From Auanema rhodensis (lineage: Eukaryota > Animalia > Nematoda): DNA of 64,000 nt. The stretch spans positions 22,506,001-22,570,000 of the forward strand of contig OZ059897.1 in the NCBI GenBank assembly GCA_964057225.1, read 5' to 3'. Under the pieces are notes generated by a model that was not told the DNA's origin, did not search any database, and was given only the letters and a program-made list of their open reading frames with translations. This document shows, in pieces, positions 1-11,200 of this stretch. Position 1 is the first letter of the stretch; each line of letters starts with the position of its first letter. The position numbers and the translations under genes are program-made.

Positions 1-30
1 TCTAATTTTGAAAACCGCATCTCTTTATCT

Positions 31-40
31 TTCACGTGAA
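31..40. promoter_or_regulatory. Perfect 10-bp palindrome TTCACGTGAA containing a CACGTG E-box/G-box; present in nearly every monomer
   Basis: The sequence is its own reverse complement. CACGTG is the canonical bHLH(-ZIP)/plant G-box site. Protein binding here is not shown. Confidence 0.45.
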
Positions 41-62
41 GCGAGTTACATACCAAGTGCAC

Positions 63-70
63 ATCACGTG
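63..70 (+). promoter_or_regulatory. Second CACGTG box, ATCACGTG, matching the RTCACRTG (CDEI/Cbf1-type) consensus; present in nearly every monomer
   Basis: Direct motif match; function is inference. Confidence 0.4.
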
Positions 71-114
71 TACATTTAATTAGCATAAATTAAAGTTCAC
101 GTAAATTTCAAAGT

Positions 115-127
115 CATGGTTACCATG
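115..127. other. Interrupted palindrome CATGGT-T-ACCATG, which extends to TCATGGT-T-ACCATGA in A128 monomers; contains a GGTNACC (BstEII) site
   Basis: CATGGT (115-120) is the reverse complement of ACCATG (122-127). Confidence 0.9.
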
Positions 128-2465
128 CACCAATATCAATAAAAATTTGTTTTTAGACTAATATGGACATGGGGAATCTAATTTTGAAAACCGCATCTCT
201 TTATCTTTCACGTGAAGCGAGTTACATACCTAGTGCACATCACGTGTACATTTAATTAGCATAAATTAAAGTTCACGTAAATTTCAAAGTCATAGTTACC
301 ATGAACCAATATCAATAAAAATTTGTTTTTAGACTAATATGGACATGGGGAATCTAATTTTGAAAACCGCATCTCTTTATCTTTCACGTGAAGCGAGTTA
401 CATACCAAGTGCACATCACGTGTACATTTAATTAGCATAAATTAAAGTTCACGTAAATTTCAAAGTCATGGTTACCATGAACCAATATCAATAAAAATTT
501 GTTTTTAGACTAATATGGACATGGGGAATCTAATTTTGAAAACCGCATCTCTTTATCTTTCACGTGAAGCGAGTTACATACCAAGTGCACATCACGTGTA
601 CATTTAATTAGCATAAATTAAAGTTCACGTAAATTTCAAAGTCATGGTTACCATGCACCAATATCAATAAAAATTTGTTTTTAGACTAATATGGACAAGG
701 GGGAATCTAATTTTGAAAACCGCATCTCTTTATCTTTCACGTGAAGCGAGTTACATACCAAGTGCACATCACGTGTACATTTAATTAGCATAAATTAAAG
801 TTCACGTAAATTTCAAAGTCATGGTTACCATGAACCAATATCAATAAAAATTTGTTTTTAGACTAATATGGACATGGGGAATCTAATTTTGAAAACCGCA
901 TCTCTTTATCTTTCACGTGAAGCGAGTTACATACCAAGTGCACATCACGTGTACATTTAATTAGCATAAATTAAAGTTCACGTAAATTTCAAAGTCATGG
1001 TTACCATGAACCAATATCAATAAAAATTTGTATTTAGACTAATATGGACATGGGGAATCTAATTTTGAAAACCGCATCTCTTCATCTTTCACGTGAAGCG
1101 AGTTACATACCAAGTGCACATCACGTGTACATTTAATTAGCATAAATTAAAGTTCACGTAAATTTCAAAGTCATGGTTACCATTCACCAATATCAATAAA
1201 AATTTGTTTTTAGACTAATATGGACATGGGGAATCTAATTTTGAAAACCGCATCTCTTTATCTTTCACGTGAAGCGAGTTACATACCAAGTGCACATCAC
1301 GTGTACATTTAATTAGCATAAATTAAAGTTCACGTAAATTTCAAAGTCATGGTTACCATGAACCAATATCAATAAAAATTTGTTTTTAGACTAATATGGA
1401 CATGGGGAATCTAATTTTAAAAACCGCATCTCTTTATCTTTCACGTGAAGCGAGTTACATACCAAGTGCACATCACGTGTACATTTAATTAGCATGAATT
1501 AAAGTTCACGTAAATTTCAAAGTCATGGTTACCATGCACCAATATCAATAAAATTTTGTTTTTAGACTAATATGGACATGGGGAATCTAATTTTGAAAAC
1601 AGCATCTCTTCATCTTTCACGTGAAGCGAGTTACATACCAAGTGCACATCACGTGTACATTTAATTAGCATAAATTAAAGTTCACGTAAATTTCAAAGTC
1701 ATGGTTACCATGAAGCAATATCAATAAAAATTTGTTTTTAGACTAATATGGACATTTGGAATCTAATTTTGAAAACCGCATCTCTTTATCTTTCACGTGA
1801 AGCGAGTTACATACCAAGTGCACATCACGTGTACATTTAATTAGCATAAATTAAAGTTCACGTAAATTTCAAAGTCATGGTTACCATGCACCAATATCAA
1901 TAAAAATTTGTTTTTAGACTAATATGGACATGGGGATTCTAATTTTGAAAACAGCATCTCTTTATCTTTCACGTAAAGCGAGTTACATACCAAGTGCACA
2001 TCACGTGTACATTTAATTAGCATAAATTAAAGTTCACGTAAATTTCAAAGTCATGGTTACCATGAACCAATATCAATAAAAATTTGTTTTTAGACTAATA
2101 TGGACATGGGAAATCTAATTTTGAAAACCGCATCTCTTTATCTTTCACGTGAAGCGAGTTACATACCAAGTGCACATCACGTGTACATTTAATTAGCATA
2201 AATTAAAGTTCACGTAAATTTCAAAGTCATGGTTACCATGAAGCAATATCAATAAAAATTTGTTTTTAGACTAATATGGACATGGGGAATCTAATTTTGA
2301 AAACCGCATCTCTTTATCTTTCACGTGAAGCGAGTTACATACCAAGTGCACATCACGTGTACATTTAATTAGCATAAATTAAAGTTCACGTAAATTTCAA
2401 AGTCATGGTTACCATGCACCAATATCAATAAAAATTTGTTTTTAGACTAATATGGACATGGGGGA

Positions 2466-4225
2466 TCTAATTTTGAAAACCGCATCTCTTTATCTTTCAC
2501 GTGAAGCGAGTTACATACCAAGTGCACATCACGTGTACATTTAATTAGCATAAATTAAAGTTCACGTAAATTTCAAAGTCATGGTTACCATGAACCAATA
2601 TCAATAAAAATTTGTTTTTAGACTAATATGGACATGGGGAATCTAATTTTGAAAACCGCATCTCTTTATCTTTCACGTGAAGCGAGTTACATACCAAGTG
2701 CACATCACGTGTACATTTAATTAGCATAAATTAAAGTTCACGTAAATTTCAAAGTCATGGTTACCATGAACCAATATCAATAAAAATTTGTTTTTAGACT
2801 AATATGGACATGGGGAATCTAATTTTGAAAACCGCATCTCTTTATCTTTCACGTGAAGCGAGTTACATACCAAGTGCACATCACGTGTACATTTAATTAG
2901 CATAAATTAAAGTTCACGTAAATTTCAAAGTCATGGTTACCATGCACCAATATCAATAAAAATTTGTTTTTAGACTAATATGGACATGGGGAATCTAATT
3001 TTGAAAACCGCATCTCTTCATCTTTCACGTGAAGCGAGTTACATACCAAGTGCACATCACGTGTACATTTAATTAGCATAAATTAAAGTTCACGTAAATT
3101 TCAAAGTCATGGTTACCATTCACCAATATCAATAAAAATTTGTTTTTAGACTAATATGGACATGGGGAATCTAATTTTGAAAACCGCATCTCTTTATCTT
3201 TCACGTGAAGCAAGTTACATACCAAGTGCACATCACGTGTACATTTAATTAGCATAAATTAAAGTTCACGTAAATTTCAAAGTCATGGTTACCATGAACC
3301 AATATCAATAAAAATTTGTTTTTAGACTAATATGGACATGGGGGATCTAATTTTGAAAACCGCATCTCTTTATCTTTCACGTGAAGCGAGTTACATACCA
3401 AGTGCACATCACGTGTACATTTAATTAGCATAAATTAAAGTTCACGTAAATTTCAAAGTCATGGTTACCATGAACCAATATCAATAAAAATTTGTTTTTA
3501 GACTAATATGGACATGGGGAATCTAATTTTGAAAACCGCATCTCTTTATCTTTCACGTGAAGCGAGTTACATACCAAGTGCACATCACGTGTACATTTAA
3601 TTAGCATAAATTAAAGTTCACGTAAATTTCAAAGTCATGGTTACCATGAACCAATATCAATAAAAATTTGTTTTTAGACTAATATGGACATGGGGAATCT
3701 AATTTTGAAAACCGCATCTCTTTATCTTTCACGTGAAGCGAGTTACATACCAAGTGCACATCACGTGTACATTTAATTAGCATAAATTAAAGTTCACGTA
3801 AATTTCAAAGTCATGGTTACCATGCACCAATATCAATAAAAATTTGTTTTTAGACTAATATGGACATGGGGAATCTAATTTTGAAAACCGCATCTCTTCA
3901 TCTTTCACGTGAAGCGAGTTACATACCAAGTGCACATCACGTGTACATTTAATTAGCATAAATTAAAGTTCACGTAAATTTCAAAGTCATGGTTACCATT
4001 CACCAATATCAATAAAAATTTGTTTTTAGACTAATATGGACATGGGGAATCTAATTTTGAAAACCGCATCTCTTTATCTTTCACGTGAAGCGAGTTACAT
4101 ACCAAGTGCACATCACGTGTACATTTAATTAGCATAAATTAAAGTTCACGTAAATTTCAAAGTCATGGTTACCATGAACCAATATCAATAAAAATTTGTT
4201 TTTAGACTAATATGGACATGGGGAA
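2466..4225. repeat. 5-monomer higher-order repeat (880 bp) x2
   Basis: The allele order A, A, C, [C26+T127], A repeats at 2466-3345 and 3346-4225. Each copy is preceded by the rare GGGGGA end variant (2464, 3344). Confidence 0.75.
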
Positions 4226-5281
4226 TCTAATTTTGAAAACCGCATCTCTTTATCTTTCACGTGAAGCGAGTTACATACCAAGTGCACATCACGTGTACAT
4301 TTAATTAGCATAAATTAAAGTTCACGTAAATTTCAAAGTCATGGTTACCATGCACCAATATCAATAAAAATTTGTTTTTAGACTAATATGGACATGGGGA
4401 ATCTAATTTTGAAAACCGCATCTCTTCATCTTTCACGTGAAGCGAGTTACATACCAAGTGCACATCACGTGTACATTTAATTAGCATAAATTAAAGTTCA
4501 CGTAAATTTCAAAGTCATGGTTACCATTCACCAATATCAATAAAAATTTGTTTTTAGACTAATATGGACATGGGGAATCTAATTTTGAAAACCGCATCTC
4601 TTTATCTTTCACGTGAAGCGAGTTACATACCAAGTGCACATCACGTGTACATTTAATTAGCATAAATTAAAGTTCACGTAAATTTCAAAGTCATGGTTAC
4701 CATGCACCAATATCAATAAAAATTTGTTTTTAGACTAATATGGACATGGGGAATCTAATTTTGAAAACCGCATCTCTTCATCTTTCACGTGAAGCGAGTT
4801 ACATACCAAGTGCACATCACGTGTACATTTAATTAGCATAAATTAAAGTTCACGTAAATTTCAAAGTCATGGTTACCATTCACCAATATCAATAAAAATT
4901 TGTTTTTAGACTAATATGGACATGGGGAATCTAATTTTGAAAACCGCATCTCTTTATCTTTCACGTGAAGCGAGTTACATACCAAGTGCACATCACGTGT
5001 ACATTTAATTAGCATAAATTAAAGTTCACGTAAATTTCAAAGTCATGGTTACCATGCACCAATATCAATAAAAATTTGTTTTTAGACTAATATGGACATG
5101 GGGAATCTAATTTTGAAAACCGCATCTCTTCATCTTTCACGTGAAGCGAGTTACATACCAAGTGCACATCACGTGTACATTTAATTAGCATAAATTAAAG
5201 TTCACGTAAATTTCAAAGTCATGGTTACCATTCACCAATATCAATAAAAATTTGTTTTTAGACTAATATGGACATGGGGAA
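4226..5281. repeat. Dimer higher-order repeat (352 bp) x3
   Basis: A consensus C128 monomer alternates strictly with a CTTCATC + CATTCACC monomer (starts 4402, 4754, 5106). Confidence 0.85.
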
Positions 5282-8200
5282 TCTAATTTTGAAAACCGCA
5301 TCTCTTTATCTTTCACGTGAAGCGAGTTACATACCAAGTGCACATCACGTGTACATTTAATTAGCATAAATTAAAGTTCACGTAAATTTCAAAGTCATGG
5401 TTACCATGCACCAATATCAATAAAATTTTGTTTTTAGACTAATATGGACATGGGGAATCTAATTTTGAAAACAGCATCTCTTCATCTTTCACGTGAAGCG
5501 AGTTACATACCAAGTGCACATCACGTGTACATTTAATTAGCATAAATTAAAGTTCACGTAAATTTCAAAGTTATGGTTACCATGCACCAATATCAATAAA
5601 AATTTGTTTTTAGACTAATATGGACATGGGGAATCTAATTTTGAAAACCGCATCTCTTTATCTTTCACGTGAAGCGAGTTACATACCAAGTGCACATCAC
5701 GTGTACATTTAATTAGCATAAATTAAAGTTCACGTAAATTTCAAAGTCATGGTTACCATGCACCAATATCAATAAAAATTTGTTTTTAGACTAATATGGA
5801 CATGGGGAATCTAATTTTGAAAACCGCATCTCTTTATCTTTCACGTGAAGCGAGTTACATACCAAGTGCACATCACGTGTACATTTAATTAGCATAAATT
5901 AAAGTTCACGTAAATTTCAAAGTCATGGTTACCATGAACCAATATCAATAAAAATTTGTTTTTAGACTAATATGGACATGAGGAATCTAATTTTGAAAAC
6001 CGTATCTCTTTATCTTTCACGTGAAGCGAGTTACATACCAAGTGCACATCACGTGTACATTTAATTAGCATAAATTAAAGTTCACGTAAATTTCAAAGTC
6101 ATGGTTACCATGCACCAATATCAATAAAAATTTGTTTTTAGACTAATATGGACATGGGGAATCTAATTTTGAAAACCGCATCTCTTTATCTTTCACGTGA
6201 AGCGAGTTACATACCTAGTGCACATCACGTGTACATTTAATTAGCATAAATTAAAGTTCACGTAAATTTCAAAGTCATAGTTACCATGAACCAATATCAA
6301 TAAAAATTTGTTTTTAGACTAATATGGACATGGGGAATCTAATTTTGAAAACCGCATCTCTTTATCTTTCACGTGAAGCGAGTTACATACCAAGTGCACA
6401 TCACGTGTACATTTAATTAGCATAAATTAAAGTTCACGTAAATTTCAAAGTCATGGTTACCATGCACCAATATCAATAAAAATTTGTTTTTAGACTAATA
6501 TGGACATGGGGAATCTAATTTTGAAAACCGCATCTCTTTATCTTTCACGTGAAGCGAGTTACATACCTAGTGCACATCACGTGTACATTTAATTAGCATA
6601 AATTAAAGTTCACGTAAATTTCAAAGTCATAGTTACCATGAACCAATATCAATAAAAATTTGTTTTTAGACTAATATGGACATGGGGAATCTAATTTTGA
6701 AAACCGCATCTCTTTATCTTTCACGTGAAGCGAGTTACATACCAAGTGCACATCACGTGTACATTTAATTAGCATAAATTAAAGTTCACGTAAATTTCAA
6801 AGTCATGGTTACCATGAACCAATATCAATAAAAATTTGTTTTTAGACTAATATGGACATGGGGAATCTAATTTTGAAAACCGCATCTCTTTATCTTTCAC
6901 GTGAAGCGAGTTACATACCAAGTGCACATCACGTGTACATTTAATTAGCATAAATTAAAGTTCACGTAAATTTCAAAGTCATGGTTACCATGCACCAATA
7001 TCAATAAAAATTTGTTTTTAGACTAATATGGACATGGGGAATCTAATTTTGAAAACCGCATCTCTTTATCTTTCACGTGAAGCGAGTTACATACCAAGTG
7101 CACATCACGTGTACATTTAATTAGCATAAATTAAAATTCACGTAAATTTCAAAGTCATGGTTACCATGAACCAATATCAATAAAAATTTGTTTTTAAACT
7201 AATATGGACATGGGGAATCTAATTTTGAAAACCGCATCTCTTTATCTTTCACGTGAAGCGAGTTACATACCAAGTGCACATCACGTGTACATTTAATTAG
7301 CATAAATTAAAGTTCACGTAAATTTCAAAGTCATGGTTACCATGAACCAATATCAATAAAAATTTGTTTTTAGACTAATATGGACATGGGAAATCTAATT
7401 TTGAAAACCGCATCTCTTTATCTTTCACGTGAAGCGAGTTACATACCAAGTGCACATCACGTGTACATTTAATTAGCATAAATTAAAGTTCACGTAAATT
7501 TCAAAGTCATGGTTACCATGAAGCAATATCAATAAAAATTTGTTTTTAGACTAATATGGACATGGGGAATCTAATTTTGAAAACCGCATCTCTTTATCTT
7601 TCACGTGAAGCGAGTTACATACCAAGTGCACATCACGTGTACATTTAATTAGCATAAATTAAAGTTCACGTAAATTTCAAAGTCATGGTTACCATGCACC
7701 AATATCAATAAAAATTTGTTTTTAGACTAATATGGACATGGGGGATCTAATTTTGAAAACCGCATCTCTTTATCTTTCACGTGAAGCGAGTTACATACCA
7801 AGTGCACATCACGTGTACATTTAATTAGCATAAATTAAAGTTCACGTAAATTTCAAAGTCATGGTTACCATGAACCAATATCAATAAAAATTTGTTTTTA
7901 GACTAATATGGACATGGGGAATCTAATTTTGAAAACCGCATCTCTTTATCTTTCACGTGAAGCGAGTTACATACCAAGTGCACATCACGTGTACATTTAA
8001 TTAGCATAAATTAAAGTTCACGTAAATTTCAAAGTCATGGTTACCATGAACCAATATCAATAAAAATTTGTATTTAGACTAATATGGACATGGGGAATCT
8101 AATTTTGAAAACCGCATCTCTTCATCTTTCACGTGAAGCGAGTTACATACCAAGTGCACATCACGTGTACATTTAATTAGCATAAATTAAAGTTCACGTA

Positions 8201-11200
8201 AATTTCAAAGTCATGGTTACCATTCACCAATATCAATAAAAATTTGTTTTTAGACTAATATGGACATGGGGAATCTAATTTTGAAAACCGCATCTCTTTA
8301 TCTTTCACGTGAAGCGAGTTACATACCAAGTGCACATCACGTGTACATTTAATTAGCATAAATTAAAGTTCACGTAAATTTCAAAGTCATGGTTACCATG
8401 CACCAATATCAATGAAAATTTGTTTTTAGACTAATATGGACATGGGGAATCTAATTTTGAAAACCGCATCTCTTTATCTTTCACGTGAAGCGAGTTACAT
8501 ACCAAGTGCACATCACGTGTACATTTAATTAGCATAAATTAAAGTTTACGTAAATTTCAAAGTCATGGTTACCATGAACCAATATCAATAAAAATTTGTT
8601 TTTAGACTAATATGGACATGGGGAATCTAATTTTGAAAACCGCATCTCTTTATCTTTCACGTGAAGCGAGTTACATACCAAGTGCACATCACGTGTACAT
8701 TTAATTAGCATGAATCAAAGTTCACGTAAATTTCAAAGTCATGGTTACCATGCACCAATATCAATAAAATTTTGTTTTTAGACTAATATGGACATGGGGA
8801 ATCTAATTTTGAAAACAGCATCTCTTCATCTTTCACGTGAAGCGAGTTACATACCAAGTGCACATCACGTGTACATTTAATTAGCATAAATTAAAGTTCA
8901 CGTAAATTTCAAAGTCATGGTTACCATGCACCAATATCAATGAAAATTTGTTTTTAGACTAATATGGACATGGGGAATCTAATTTTGGAAACCGCATCTC
9001 TTTATCTTTCACGTGAAGCGAGTTACATACCAAGTGCACATCACGTGTACATTTAATTAGCATGAATTAAAGTTCACGTAAATTTCAAAGTCATGGTTAC
9101 CATGAACCAATATCAATAAAAATTTGTTTTTAGACTAATATGGACATGGGGAATCTAATTTTGAAAACCGCATCTCTTTATCTTTCACGTGAAGCGAGTT
9201 ACATACCAAGTGCACATCACGTGTACATTTAATTAGCATAAATTAAAGTTCACGTAAATTTCAAAGTCATGGTTACCATGCACCAATATCAATAAAAATT
9301 TGTTTTTAGACTAATATGGACATGGGGAATCTAATTTTGAAAACCGCATCTCTTTATCTTTCACGTGAAGCGAGTTACATACCAAGTGCACATCACGTGT
9401 ACATTTAATTAGCATAAATTAAAGTTCACGTAAATTTCAAAGTCATGGTTACCATGAACCAATATCAATAAAAATTTGTTTTTAGACTAATATGGACATG
9501 GGGAATCTAATTTTGAAAACCGCATCTCTTTATCTTTCACGTGAAGCGAGTTACATACCAAGTGCACATCACGTGTACATTTAATTAGCATAAATTAAAG
9601 TTCACGTAAATTTCAAAGTCATGGTTACCATGAACCAATATCAATAAAAATTTGTTTTTAGACTAATATGGACATGGGGAATCTAATTTTGAAAACCGCA
9701 TCTCTTTATCTTTCACGTGAAGCGAGTTACATACCAAGTGCACATCACGTGTACATTTAATTAGCATAAATTAAAGTTCACGTAAATTTCAAAGTCATGG
9801 TTACCATGCACCAATATCAATAAAAATTTGTTTTTAGACTAATATGGACATGGGGAATCTAATTTTGAAAACCGCATCTCTTTATCTTTCACGTGAAGCG
9901 AGTTACATACCAAGTGCACATCACGTGTACATTTAATTAGCATAAATTAAAGTTCACGTAAATTTCAAAGTCATGGTTACCATGAACCAATATCAATAAA
10001 AATTTGTTTTTAGACTAATATGGACATGGGGAATCTAATTTTGAAAACCGCATCTCTTTATCTTTCACGTGAAGCGAGTTACATACCAAGTGCACATCAC
10101 GTGTACATTTAATTAGCATAAATTAAAGTTCACGTAAATTTCAAAGTCATGGTTACCATGCACCAATATCAATAAAAATTTGTTTTTAGACTAATATGGA
10201 CATGGGGAATCTAATTTTGAAAACCGCATCTCTTCATCTTTCACGTGAAGCGAGTTACATACCAAGTGCACATCACGTGTACATTTAATTAGCATAAATT
10301 AAAGTTCACGTAAATTTCAAAGTCATGGTTACCATTCACCAATATCAATAAAAATTTGTTTTTAGACTAATATGGACATGGGGAATCTAATTTTGAAAAC
10401 CGCATCTCTTTATCTTTCACGTGAAGCGAGTTACATACCAAGTGCACATCACGTGTATATTTAATTAGCATAAATTAAAGTTCACGTAAATTTCAAAGTC
10501 ATGGTTACCATGCACCAATATCAATCAAATTTTGTTTTTAGACTAATATGGACATGGGGAATCTAATTTTGAAAACAGCATCTCTTCATCTTTCACGTGA
10601 AGCGAGTTACATACCAAGTGCACATCACGTGTACATTTAATTAGCATAAATTAAAGTTCACGTAAATTTCAAAGTCATGGTTACCATGCACCAATATCAA
10701 TAAAAATTTGTTTTTAGACTAATATGGACATGGGGAATCTAATTTTGAAAACCGCATCTCTTTATCTTTCACGTGAAGCGAGTTACATACCAAGTGCACA
10801 TCACGTGTACATTTAATTAGCATAAATTAAAGTTCACGTAAATTTCAAAGTCATGGTTACCATGCACCAATATCAATAAAAATTTGTTTTTAAACTAATA
10901 TGGACATGGGGAATCTAATTTTGAAAACCGCATCTCTTTATCTTTCACGTGAAGCGAGTTACATACCAAGTGCACATCACGTGTACATTTAATTAGCATA
11001 AATTAAAGTTCACGTAAATTTCAAAGTCATGGTTACCATGCACCAATATCAATAAAAATTTGTTTTTAGACTAATATGGACATGGGGAATCTAATTTTGA
11101 AAACAGCATCTCTTTATCTTTCACGTGAAGCGAGTTACATACCAAGTGCACATCACGTGTACATTTAATTAGCATAAATTAAAGTTCACGTAAATTTCAA

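Larger units (their letters stand above)
1..176. repeat. Reference monomer (consensus, C128 allele)
   Basis: First complete 176-bp unit. It matches the majority base at every position apart from the balanced A/C site at 128. Confidence 0.97.

Noticed and set aside
138-143. AATAAA polyadenylation-like hexamer in each monomer
   Set aside because: Expected by chance in 68% AT sequence; no transcript context.
1-176. Assignment to a named satellite (alpha satellite, CEN178, Brassica CentBr 176 bp) or a CENP-B box
   Set aside because: Only the length is similar. I recognise no sequence similarity, and there is no TTCG....A..CGGG motif.
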